The notes under the pieces are model-generated. The model was not told the origin of the DNA. It did no database searches and saw nothing but the letters and a program-made list of their open reading frames with translations. DNA of 64,000 nucleotides from an uncultured Actinomycetota bacterium (GTDB taxonomy: Bacteria > Actinomycetota > Actinomycetes > Mycobacteriales > Mycobacteriaceae): assembly GCA_963824505.1 (NCBI GenBank), contig CAWGPS010000030.1, positions 4,658 to 68,657 of the forward strand, given 5' to 3'. Of this stretch, positions 18,401-27,558 are shown piece by piece; position 1 is the stretch's first letter; every line of letters begins with the position of its first letter. The translations under genes were made by a program, and so were the position numbers.

Positions 18401-19995
18401 CCGTGCTGGGGTCCGTGCTGGACCCGAAGACTCCCGGCTACGCCGAGGCGGCGTCGGCGGCGACGGCGACCAAACTCGACGAGATCGGCGCCGAACTTGC
18501 CAAAGCGCTTGCCGGCGGGGGTCCCAAATACGTCGAGCGCCATCACGCCCGGGGGAAGCTGACCCCCAGGGAACGCATCGAACTGCTCGTCGACCCGGAC
18601 TCGCCCTTCCTCGAACTGTGCCCGCTGGCGGCGTGGGGCAGCGCGTTTCACGTCGGCGCCAGCGTCGTCACCGGCATCGGGGTGGTCTCGGGTGTGGAAT
18701 GCATGATCGTCGCCAATGACCCCACGGTCAAAGGTGGCACCAGCAATCCCTGGACACTGCGAAAAATTCTGCGGGCCAACAAGATCGCGTTCGATAACCG
18801 GCTTCCGGTGATCTCGCTGGTCGAGTCCGGCGGGGCGGACCTGCCCACGCAGAAGGAGGTCTTCGTCCCGGGCGGACAGATGTTCCGCGACCTGACCCGG
18901 CTGTCGGCCGCCGGAATCCCCACCATCGCGCTGGTGTTCGGCAACTCCACTGCGGGCGGCGCCTACGTTCCCGGGATGTCCGACCATGTGGTGATGATCA
19001 AGGAGCGTTCGAAGGTTTTCCTGGCCGGGCCGCCGCTGGTCAAGATGGCCACGGGCGAGGAGTCCGACGACGAGTCGTTGGGCGGCGCCGAAATGCACGC
19101 CCGCATCTCGGGTCTGGCCGATTACTTCGCCGTCGACGAACTCGATGCCATCAGGATCGGGCGCCGCGTCGTGGCGCGGCTGAACTGGGTCAAGCGGGGA
19201 CCGGCGCCCGCGGCGGTGACCGAACCGCTGTTCGGCGCCGAGGAGCTGATCGGCATCGTGCCGCCGGACCTGCGCATCCCGTTCGACCCGCGGGAAGTGA
19301 TCGCCCGCATCGTCGACGGCTCCGAATTCGACGAATTCAAGCAGATGTACGGTTCGTCGCTGGTGACCGGCTGGGCCCGCCTGCACGGCTATCCGCTGGG
19401 CATCCTGGCCAACGCCCGCGGGGTGCTCTTCAGCGAGGAATCGCAGAAGGCCACCCAGTTCATCCAGCTGGCCAACCGCTCCGACACGCCTCTGCTGTTC
19501 CTGCACAACACGACCGGATACATGGTGGGCAAGGACTACGAAGAGGGCGGCATGATCAAGCACGGTTCGATGATGATCAACGCGGTGTCCAACTCGACCG
19601 TCCCGCACATCTCGCTGCTGATCGGCGCTTCCTACGGCGCCGGCCACTACGGCATGTGTGGCCGCGCCTACGATCCGAGGTTTCTCTTCGCTTGGCCGAC
19701 CGCCAAATCCGCCGTGATGGGCGGCGCGCAACTGGCCGGCGTGTTGTCGATCGTGGCCCGGGCGGCCGCCGAGGCGCGCGGGCAACAGGTCGACGAGGCG
19801 GCGGACGAAGCCATGCGGGCCGCCGTCGAGGGCCAGATCGAAGCCGAGTCGCTGCCGCTGGTCCTGTCCGGGATGCTCTACGACGACGGGGTGATCGACC
19901 CGCGAGACACCCGCACCGTGCTGGGAATGTGCCTGTCCGCCATCGCCAATGGCCCGATCAAGGGGACGTCGAACTTCGGCGTCTTTCGGATGTGA
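18397..19995 (+). CDS. accD2: Acyl-CoA carboxylase carboxyltransferase beta subunit
   Basis: Carboxyltransferase signature (VANDPTVKGGT, ...GNSTAGGAYVPGMSD...). The TTG start overlaps the fadE13 stop (TTGA). Confidence 0.85.
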   Translation: MTVLGSVLDPKTPGYAEAASAATATKLDEIGAELAKALAGGGPKYVERHHARGKLTPRERIELLVDPDSPFLELCPLAAWGSAFHVGASVVTGIGVVSGVECMIVANDPTVKGGTSNPWTLRKILRANKIAFDNRLPVISLVESGGADLPTQKEVFVPGGQMFRDLTRLSAAGIPTIALVFGNSTAGGAYVPGMSDHVVMIKERSKVFLAGPPLVKMATGEESDDESLGGAEMHARISGLADYFAVDELDAIRIGRRVVARLNWVKRGPAPAAVTEPLFGAEELIGIVPPDLRIPFDPREVIARIVDGSEFDEFKQMYGSSLVTGWARLHGYPLGILANARGVLFSEESQKATQFIQLANRSDTPLLFLHNTTGYMVGKDYEEGGMIKHGSMMINAVSNSTVPHISLLIGASYGAGHYGMCGRAYDPRFLFAWPTAKSAVMGGAQLAGVLSIVARAAAEARGQQVDEAADEAMRAAVEGQIEAESLPLVLSGMLYDDGVIDPRDTRTVLGMCLSAIANGPIKGTSNFGVFRM

Positions 19996-20000
19996 GCCCG

Positions 20001-21986
20001 ATGATCACTCGAGTGCTGGTCGCCAATCGCGGCGAGATCGCCCGACGGGTTTTCGCCACCTGCCGGCGCCTGGGGTTGGGTACGGTCGCCGTCTACACGG
20101 ACCCGGATGCCGACGCACCGCACGTCGCCGAGGCCGACGCCCGGGTTCCGCTGGCGAAGACGACCGATTACCTCAACGCGGATGCGATCATTGCCGCCGC
20201 GCGCGCGGCGGGAGCCGACGCTATCCACCCCGGATACGGATTCCTCTCCGAGAACGCCGATTTCGCCGGCGCAGTGTCCGAAGCCGGCCTGACGTGGGTG
20301 GGGCCGCCCGTGCAAGCGGTGCGGGCGATGGGCTCCAAGATCGAGTCCAAGAAGCTGATGTCCGCCGCGGGCGTTCCGGTCCTCGACGAACTCGACCCGG
20401 ACTCGGTCACCGAGGCGCAGCTGCCGGTGCTGGTCAAGGCCTCCGCGGGCGGCGGTGGCCGCGGGATGCGCGTGGTCCGCGAATTGTCGGCATTGGCAGG
20501 CGAAGTCGCCGCCGCCCGGCGCGAGGCGCAGTCGGCGTTCGGCGACCCGACGGTGTTCTGTGAACGCTACCTGCCCACCGGACACCACGTCGAGGTCCAG
20601 GTGATGGCCGACAACCACGGCACGGTGTGGGCGGTCGGCGAACGCGAATGCTCGATTCAGCGCCGCCACCAGAAGATCATCGAGGAGGCGCCCTCGCCGT
20701 TGGTCGAACGCACGCCCGGCATGCGGGCCAAGCTGTTCGAGGCCGCGCGGCTGGCGGCCTCCGCCATCGGCTATGCCGGCGCCGGGACGGTCGAGTTCCT
20801 CGCCGATGCCGGCGGCGAGTTCTACTTCCTGGAGATGAACACCCGCCTGCAGGTGGAGCACCCGGTGACCGAGGAAACCACGGGGCTCGACCTCGTCGAG
20901 CTCCAGCTCGCCGTCGCGGACGGTGACCGCCTCGGCCCGGAACCTCCTGCGCTACAGGGACATTCGATCGAGGCACGGCTCTATGCCGAGGATCCCGCGC
21001 AAGGCTGGCAACCGCAGGCCGGCCCGGTGTTCAAGCTCGACATACCGGGGGTTCGGACGGAGTTCGGCCTGCTGGGAAACCGGACCGGAATCCGGCTGGA
21101 CAGCGGTGTCGTCGACGGCTTCACGGTGTCCATTCACTACGACCCGATGCTCGCCAAGGTCATCTCGTATGCGCCCACGCGCCGCCGGGCGGCGCTGGTG
21201 CTCGCCGACGCGCTCGCCCGTGCCCGGCTGCACGGCGTGCGCACCAACCGAGAACTGCTGGTGAATGTGTTGCGGCATGGGGCCTTTCTCGCCGGCGCAA
21301 CGGATACGGCGTTCTTTGACACCCACGGGCTGGCGGCGCTGTCGGCCCCGCTGGCGGACGCACGGGTGGTGCGGATGTCGGCGATCGCGGCCGCGCTGGC
21401 CGACGCCGCGCACAACCGAGCGGTCGCGAAGGCCTGTGGGGTCCTCGGCTCTCTGCCCAGTGGCTGGCGGAACCTTCCGTCCGGCTATCAGGTCAAGGCC
21501 TACCGCGACGAGGATGCGCATGAGCACCGGGTCGAATACCGCTTTGCCAGGTCGGGACTGGAGCTGCCCGGTGCGGAGCCGGTGCGACTCGTCTCGTCCG
21601 CGCCGGACGAGGCGGTGCTGGCCGGCGTCGACGGCGTGACCTACCGCTTCTCGGTCGCGCGCTACGGCCAGGACGTCTACGTCGATTCCCCGCTCGGTCC
21701 CGTCCACCTGGTCGCGCTGCCCCGGTTCCCCGAACCCGGATCGGCCGTCGAACAGGGCTCCCTGATCGCGCCCATGCCCGGCAACGTGATCCGGCTCGGG
21801 GCCGGGGTCGGCGATAGCGTCGGCGCAGGGCAGCCACTGATCTGGCTGGAGGCCATGAAAATGGAACACACCATCAGCGCGCCGGCCGACGGCGTGCTCG
21901 TCGAGCTCCACGTGGAAGCCGGCCAGCAGGTGGAAGTCGGCGCCGTCCTGGCACGGGTCGAAGCGCCGGAACCGGCGCAAACGTAA
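20001..21986 (+). CDS. accA2: Biotin carboxylase / biotin carboxyl carrier alpha subunit
   Basis: ITRVLVANRGEIARRV, ATP-grasp domain and a C-terminal EAMKMEH biotinylation motif. Alternative GTG start at 19992. Confidence 0.9.
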   Translation: MITRVLVANRGEIARRVFATCRRLGLGTVAVYTDPDADAPHVAEADARVPLAKTTDYLNADAIIAAARAAGADAIHPGYGFLSENADFAGAVSEAGLTWVGPPVQAVRAMGSKIESKKLMSAAGVPVLDELDPDSVTEAQLPVLVKASAGGGGRGMRVVRELSALAGEVAAARREAQSAFGDPTVFCERYLPTGHHVEVQVMADNHGTVWAVGERECSIQRRHQKIIEEAPSPLVERTPGMRAKLFEAARLAASAIGYAGAGTVEFLADAGGEFYFLEMNTRLQVEHPVTEETTGLDLVELQLAVADGDRLGPEPPALQGHSIEARLYAEDPAQGWQPQAGPVFKLDIPGVRTEFGLLGNRTGIRLDSGVVDGFTVSIHYDPMLAKVISYAPTRRRAALVLADALARARLHGVRTNRELLVNVLRHGAFLAGATDTAFFDTHGLAALSAPLADARVVRMSAIAAALADAAHNRAVAKACGVLGSLPSGWRNLPSGYQVKAYRDEDAHEHRVEYRFARSGLELPGAEPVRLVSSAPDEAVLAGVDGVTYRFSVARYGQDVYVDSPLGPVHLVALPRFPEPGSAVEQGSLIAPMPGNVIRLGAGVGDSVGAGQPLIWLEAMKMEHTISAPADGVLVELHVEAGQQVEVGAVLARVEAPEPAQT

Positions 21987-21996
21987 GGAGATGAAA

Positions 21997-23163
21997 GTGA
22001 CCGATACCAGCTTTGTGGAGAACGAGGAACGCCGGGCCCTGCGCAAGGCGGTGTCCGAGTGGGCCTCCAATTACGGCAGCGAGTACTACCTGAAGAAGGC
22101 CCGCGCGCACGAACACACCACCGAACTATGGTCCGAGGCAGGCAAACTGGGCTTCCTCGGCGTGAACCTGCCCGAGGAGTACGGCGGCGGTGGCGCGGGC
22201 ATGTACGAGCTGTCGCTGGTGATGGAGGAGATGGCGGCCGCCGGTAGCGCGCTGCTGCTGATGGTGGTGTCGCCCGCCATCAACGGAACGATCATCAGCA
22301 AGTTCGGCACCGACGAACAGAAGCGGCGCTGGATTCCGGGCATCGCCGACGGCTCGCTGACGATGGCGTTCGCCATCACCGAACCGGACGCGGGCTCCAA
22401 CTCGCACAGGATCACCACCACCGCCCGCCGCGACGGCGGCGACTGGATCCTCAAGGGACAGAAGGTGTACATCTCCGGTGTCGACCAGGCGCAGGCAGTG
22501 CTGGTGGTGGGCCGCACGGAGGAGGCCAAGACGGGCAAGCTGCGCCCGGCGCTGTTCGTCGTGCCCACCGACGCGCCGGGCTTCACCTTCACCCCCATCG
22601 ACATGGAGCTGATCAGCCCCGAACGCCAGTTCCAGGTCTTTCTTGACGACGTCCGGCTGCCCGCCGACGCGCTCGTGGGGGCGCAGGACGCCGCCATCGC
22701 GCAGCTTTTCGCCGGCCTGAACCCCGAGCGCATCATGGGCGCCGCCAGTTCGGTCGGCATGGGCCGGTTCGCGTTGAACAAGGCCGCCGACTACGTCAAG
22801 ACCCGCCAGGTCTGGGGCACCCCCATCGGCGCGCACCAGGGTCTGTCACATCCGTTGGCGCAATGCCACATCGAGGTGGAGCTGGCCAGGCTGATGATGC
22901 AGAAGGCCGCGACGCTCTACGACACCGGCGACGACGCCGGTGCGGCCGAGGCCGCCAACATGGCCAAATACGCGGCGGCCGAAGCGGCGACGCGATCGGT
23001 GGACCAGGCGGTGCAGTCGATGGGCGGCAACGGGCTGACCAAGGAGTACGGCGTCGCCGCGATGCTGGCCTCGGCCCGGCTGGGAAGGATCGCCCCGGTC
23101 AGCCGCGAGATGGTGCTGAACTTTGTGGCGCAGACGTCGCTGGGCCTGCCCCGGAGCTACTGA
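21997..23163 (+). CDS. fadE12: Acyl-CoA dehydrogenase (isovaleryl-CoA dehydrogenase-like)
   Basis: ACAD fold. GTG 21997 is preferred because the AAGGAG at 21985-21990 abuts the ATG at 21991 but sits 6 nt before the GTG. Confidence 0.85.
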   Translation: MTDTSFVENEERRALRKAVSEWASNYGSEYYLKKARAHEHTTELWSEAGKLGFLGVNLPEEYGGGGAGMYELSLVMEEMAAAGSALLLMVVSPAINGTIISKFGTDEQKRRWIPGIADGSLTMAFAITEPDAGSNSHRITTTARRDGGDWILKGQKVYISGVDQAQAVLVVGRTEEAKTGKLRPALFVVPTDAPGFTFTPIDMELISPERQFQVFLDDVRLPADALVGAQDAAIAQLFAGLNPERIMGAASSVGMGRFALNKAADYVKTRQVWGTPIGAHQGLSHPLAQCHIEVELARLMMQKAATLYDTGDDAGAAEAANMAKYAAAEAATRSVDQAVQSMGGNGLTKEYGVAAMLASARLGRIAPVSREMVLNFVAQTSLGLPRSY

Positions 23164-23173
23164 AGCCCCGCCG

Positions 23174-24013
23174 ATGGATCCCTTGGTCGAATACACCGGT
23201 CCGGCAGAGACCGGAGGCCCGTTCGCGAGGCTGACTCTCAACTCTCCGCACAACCGCAACGCGCTGTCCGCCACCCTCGTGGGCCAGTTGCACCAGGGGC
23301 TGCACGACGCCGCGGCGGACCCCGACGTCCGGACGGTGGTGTTGGAGCACACCGGCGGCACCTTCTGCGCCGGCGCCGACCTGAGTGAGGCCAGCGGCGG
23401 TGACCCGCATGGCGATCGCGAGCGCGGCGCAGCCGGGCGAAGCGGGTCGCCACCGTCGGCATACGACATGGCCGTCGCCCGTGCCCGGGAACTCACGGCA
23501 CTGCTGCGCGCCATCGTCTCCTCGCCGCTGCCGGTGATCGCAGCCGTCGACGGTCACGTGCGGGCGGGCGGTTTCGGCCTGGTCGGCGCGTGCGACATCG
23601 TGGTCGCGGGGCCCCGCAGCAGCTTCGCGCTGACCGAGGCCCGCATCGGCGTCGCGCCGGCGATCATCTCGCTCACGCTGCTGCCGAAGATGTCGGCGCG
23701 CGCGGCGGCGCAGTACTACCTGACCGGCGAGACGTTCGATGCGGCCCGCGCCGCGGAGATCGGGCTGGTCACGATGGCCGTCGACGACGTGGCCGCCGCG
23801 GTGGCCAAGCTCGTCGCCGACGTCAGCCGCGGGTCGCCGCAGGGACTTGCGGCCTCCAAGGCGCTGACCACCGCCGGGGTTCTCGAGGGCTTCGACCGCG
23901 ACGCCGAGCGGCTCACCGAGGACTCGGCCCGCCTGTTCGTGTCCGACGAGGCGCGCGAGGGCATGCTCGCATTCCTGCAAAAACGGCCACCCAGCTGGGC
24001 GCCCCCCGGCTGA
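23174..24013 (+). CDS. echA7: Enoyl-CoA hydratase/isomerase (crotonase) family
   Basis: FCAGADL...AAVDGHVRAGGFGLV...FALTEARIGV crotonase motifs. Confidence 0.85.
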   Translation: MDPLVEYTGPAETGGPFARLTLNSPHNRNALSATLVGQLHQGLHDAAADPDVRTVVLEHTGGTFCAGADLSEASGGDPHGDRERGAAGRSGSPPSAYDMAVARARELTALLRAIVSSPLPVIAAVDGHVRAGGFGLVGACDIVVAGPRSSFALTEARIGVAPAIISLTLLPKMSARAAAQYYLTGETFDAARAAEIGLVTMAVDDVAAAVAKLVADVSRGSPQGLAASKALTTAGVLEGFDRDAERLTEDSARLFVSDEAREGMLAFLQKRPPSWAPPG

Positions 24014-24075
24014 GGAACGTTGCAGTTTAGCCAACCCTATTGCAGCTAAACGCCAACGTCGTACGCTCGTGGGTG

Positions 24076-24705
24076 ATGAGCAACTCAGCGCAGCGGGATG
24101 CGAAGGACACGCGTGACGAGTCGTCGCGGGCGGCCGACACGGATCGCATTCAGATCGCGCAGTTGCTGGCCTACGCGGCCGAGCAAGGACGCCTGCAACT
24201 CAAGGACTACGAAGACCGCCTGACCAAGGCCTACGCGGCGACCACGTACGAGGAGCTGGACCGGCTGCGCGCCGACCTGCCCGGCGCTCCGATCAACCCG
24301 CGCCGCGGGGGCAAGCCCAACCCGGCTCCGTCCACGCTGCTGCTGGCACTCATGAGCGGCTTCGAGCGGCGCGGCCGGTGGAACGTGCCCAAGAAGCTCA
24401 CCGCGTTCACCCTCTGGGGCAACGGGGTGCTGGACCTGCGCTACGCGGACTTCACGTCCACCGAGGTGGAGATCCACGCGATCTCGATCATGGGCGCGCA
24501 GAACATCCTGCTCCCACCCGAGGTCAACGTGGAGGTCCACGGCCGCGGTGTGATGGGCGGCTTCGATCACGACGACCTGGGCAACGGGACCCCCGGGGCG
24601 CCGACGGTCAAGATCCGTGGCTTCTCGCTCTGGGGTGGGGTGGGCATCAAGCGCCGGCCCCGGCGGCCGCGCCCCGGCGACCGGCCCGCTCAGTCGGGCA
24701 CGTAG
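24076..24705 (+). CDS. DUF1707 / LiaF-C-like domain protein
   Basis: RAADTDRIQIAQLLAYAAEQGRLQLKDYEDRLTKAYAATTYEELDRLRADLP is the DUF1707 motif. The C-terminal beta-rich region resembles the cell-wall-active antibiotic response domain. Confidence 0.75.
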   Translation: MSNSAQRDAKDTRDESSRAADTDRIQIAQLLAYAAEQGRLQLKDYEDRLTKAYAATTYEELDRLRADLPGAPINPRRGGKPNPAPSTLLLALMSGFERRGRWNVPKKLTAFTLWGNGVLDLRYADFTSTEVEIHAISIMGAQNILLPPEVNVEVHGRGVMGGFDHDDLGNGTPGAPTVKIRGFSLWGGVGIKRRPRRPRPGDRPAQSGT

Positions 24706-25538
24706 TCGAAACTGTCCGGGTTCGGGCCCGTCCGGCCCGATTCGCCCTTGTCCAGCGCCGAGATCGCGTCCATGTCCGCGCCCTCCAGGTCGAAGTCGAA
24801 CAGCTTGAAGTTGGACTCGATCCGTTCCGGCGTCACCGATTTGGGGAAGACGATGTCGCCGCGCTGGATGTGCCAGCGCAGCACGACCTGCGCCGGGGAG
24901 CGGCCGTGGGCGTGGGCGATCCGGGTGATCACCGGATCGTCGAGCACCTTGCCCTGGGCGATCGGCGACCACGCCTCGGTGGCGATGTTGTGCTCGCGAC
25001 CGTAGGTGCGAACCCGCTCGTTGCCGAAGTACGGATGGACCTCGATCTGGTTGACCGCCGGGACCGTGTCGGTTTCGGCGGCGAGCCGCTCCAGATGGGC
25101 GGGCTGGAAGTTGGAGACACCGATGCTGCGGGCGCGGCCGTCCGCGGCAAACTCTTCGAGCACCTTCCAGGTGGAGACGAAATCTCCGTCGTACAGCGTG
25201 GGCAGTGGCCAGTGGATGAGGAACAGGTCGACGTAGTCGGATCCGAGGGCTTCCAGTGTCTGGTCGAACGCGCGGCGCGCGTCGTCGGGTCGGTGGAAGC
25301 CGTTGTTGAGCTTGCTGGTGACGAATACCTCCGCCCGGTCCAGGCCGCCGTCGCGGATGCCTTGTCCGACTCCCTTTTCGTTGCCGTACATCTCGGCGGT
25401 GTCGATGTGGCGGTACCCGATGTCGAGCGCGCGCCTGACGGCCGCGGCCGTGTCATCGGGCGGGATTTGAAAAACGCCGAAGCCCAGCTGCGGAATTCGC
25501 GCACCGTCGTTGAGTTCGATCGTCGGGACGTTGGTCAT
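24690..25538 (-). CDS. Aldo/keto reductase (2,5-diketo-D-gluconate reductase-like)
   Basis: GYRHIDTAEMYGNE, LFLIHWP, SNF...VNQIEVHP. AGGGAGGA precedes the ATG at 25538. The 3' end overlaps the convergent DUF1707 gene by 16 nt. Confidence 0.88.
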   Translation of the reverse strand: MTNVPTIELNDGARIPQLGFGVFQIPPDDTAAAVRRALDIGYRHIDTAEMYGNEKGVGQGIRDGGLDRAEVFVTSKLNNGFHRPDDARRAFDQTLEALGSDYVDLFLIHWPLPTLYDGDFVSTWKVLEEFAADGRARSIGVSNFQPAHLERLAAETDTVPAVNQIEVHPYFGNERVRTYGREHNIATEAWSPIAQGKVLDDPVITRIAHAHGRSPAQVVLRWHIQRGDIVFPKSVTPERIESNFKLFDFDLEGADMDAISALDKGESGRTGPNPDSFDYVPD

Positions 25539-25665
25539 GAAGTCCTCCCTTCGAGGTCCCGGGTACCCCGTCGGGAACACTCATATCACGATCCGCAGCG
25601 CGACAACGGCCACAGTCGACGGTGGGGAGAGGCTGGACCTCCTCCCCCGGTCGCGCCGACCATCC

Positions 25666-26052
25666 TCAGGATTCGACGACCATCAGGGTGTGCCCGGTGG
25701 GGTCGCGGAACCAGAACATCGGCGGAACCGGCTCCCCCATCCGCGACACCTGCGAGTCGACGTCGACGCCGAGGTCGCGCATCGCCGCGTGGGTGGCGTC
25801 GATGTCCCCGGTGGTGAGCGTGATACCGGTGACGGTCGGCTCTACCGGCTCCCCCGATGGCGGCGGAGCAAGCGCGATGCCGGTCCCGCCGTCGGGTGGG
25901 TACACCTCGATCCATCGGTAACCGTCGCCGAACGGTTGGTCGGTTCGCTTCTCGAACCCGAGTGATTCGTAGAATGCGACCGCCTTGTCCTGGTCGATGG
26001 TGGGCACACACACCAGGCTGATCGTGGTCAGGCCGGTCGTCGTCGTGGTCAT
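25666..26052 (-). CDS. VOC/glyoxalase-family protein
   Basis: 128 aa: LVCVPTIDQDKAVAFYESLGFEK...FRDPTGHTLMVVES. GGAGG precedes the ATG at 26052. 4-nt overlap with the upstream gene. Confidence 0.8.
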   Translation of the reverse strand: MTTTTTGLTTISLVCVPTIDQDKAVAFYESLGFEKRTDQPFGDGYRWIEVYPPDGGTGIALAPPPSGEPVEPTVTGITLTTGDIDATHAAMRDLGVDVDSQVSRMGEPVPPMFWFRDPTGHTLMVVES

Positions 26053-26787
26053 CTCATACCTCCTGCAATGTGATCGGTGCAATGCGTGTCCGCGGAATCG
26101 GCGAATGCCGGTCCATAGGCCCGGGCGATGTCCTGCGAGCCGGCCCAGCGGCTGTAGGTGGCGTACTGAGGCCAGCCCTCGGGGGAGTCCTGCCACTCCT
26201 CTTGGCGCCCGAAGGGCAGGATGTCGATCAAGCCGAACATGTGACCCAGCTGTTCGGTTCCGCGCCCGCCGGTGTGCCAGGTTCGATACACCTGGTCGCC
26301 CTGGCGCAAAAAGACGTTGACCGCGAACCCACCACCGGGCGGGGCGCCCACATCGGCACCGAACGGGCTGTTGGCGGTGGAGTACCAGGCCATTCGGTTA
26401 CCGACCCGTCGCTGGTAGGCGATCGCTTCGTCGATGGGCCCCTGGGTGACGATGACGAAGCGCGCGTCGTAGTTGGCCAGGAACTCCAGCCGGGTGAACT
26501 GTGCGGTGAACCCGGTACAGCCGGGGCACTGCCATTCCTGCCCGGGTGTCCACATGTGGTGGTAGACGATGAGTTGCGGTATGCCCTTCGAACACATCCA
26601 CCAGACGCGTCGGTCCGCTCTCCGCTTCGAGCACGTAGTCGGGCATGGCGACCATCGGCAGCCGACGACGCTGGGCGGCGACCGCGTCGAGCTCGCGGGT
26701 GACCGCCTTCTCCCTGACTCGCTGGGCGTCCAATTCGCGCTGCCACGTCTGCTGATCCACCACGCGGGGCATTCCAGGAATCGCCAC
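26049..26787 (-). pseudogene. DUF899 thioredoxin-like protein, frameshifted as sequenced
   Basis: The N-terminal part sits in ORF 26398..26787 (MPRVVDQQTWQRELDAQRVREKAVTRELDAVAAQRRRLPMV...LVDVFEGH). The remainder sits in ORF 26049..26792 (PQLIVYHHMWTPGQEWQCPGCTGF...). The frames join at GGG CAT A CCG CAA near 26580, an apparent 1-nt insertion. Confidence 0.65.
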
Positions 26788-26828
26788 GGCACGCCCCCTC
26801 CCCTATGTTCACGCCGTCAACATGGATA

Positions 26829-27509
26829 ATGTGGACACCGTACACTTGGAGCCGAGGGAGTTGTCAAGGGTTGGCCGACTCGAAGTCCAATTACCACCAC
26901 GGGGACCTGCGTTCGGCGCTCATCGATGCCGGCCTCGAACTCACGCGCGCGGGTGGACCGGACGCCTTGTCGATCCGGGAGGCCACTCGTCGGGCGGGGG
27001 TTTCGCCCAATGCCGCCTACCGGCACTTCGCCGACCGCGACGCGCTGCTCACGGCGGTCGCGACGGCGATCCAAGACCGGATTGCGGCGCGCATGCGCAG
27101 CGCAGGCGGCAACCGCGGCTCGTCCGCCGCGAGGGCGCGGCAACGGTTGCGTGCGGTTGGGCTCGGCTACATCGAGTTCGCGCTGGACGAGCCGGGCTGG
27201 TTCGGGGTGGTGTTCTTCGGCGCCAACCTCGCCGCGGCTGCCGACGAAGCCGCCGCGAGCCTCGCGCCGCCGTACCGGGCGTTGGTCGAGGCGCTGGACG
27301 CCATGGTGACCGCGGGAGTGCTGGCACCCCGGCGACGCGATGGCGCCGAGTGGTCGTGTTGGTCGGCGGTGCACGGATTCGCCGAGCTGGCCCTGCACGG
27401 TCCGCTCCGAGCGGCGAGCCGCCGCGACCTCGAGTCGCTGGCGCGACGTACGGTCGACGACATCATCGCCGGAATTTCCGCCGACATTACTGCGCCAGAA
27501 AGCCATTGA
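26829..27509 (+). CDS. TetR/AcrR-family transcriptional regulator
   Basis: NYHHGDLRSALIDAGLELTRAGGPDALSIREATRRAGVSPNAAYRHFADRDAL. The start is uncertain (26805, ATG 26829 or TTG 26871). Confidence 0.8.
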   Translation: MWTPYTWSRGSCQGLADSKSNYHHGDLRSALIDAGLELTRAGGPDALSIREATRRAGVSPNAAYRHFADRDALLTAVATAIQDRIAARMRSAGGNRGSSAARARQRLRAVGLGYIEFALDEPGWFGVVFFGANLAAAADEAAASLAPPYRALVEALDAMVTAGVLAPRRRDGAEWSCWSAVHGFAELALHGPLRAASRRDLESLARRTVDDIIAGISADITAPESH

Positions 27510-27558
27510 CGCGCCCAGAGGACTCCGGACGGCCACAATGCATGGCCGAAGCCCCGCG

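Noticed and set aside
18166-19785. 539-aa minus-strand ORF
   Set aside because: Antisense to accD2, which has clear carboxyltransferase motifs. No independent coding evidence.
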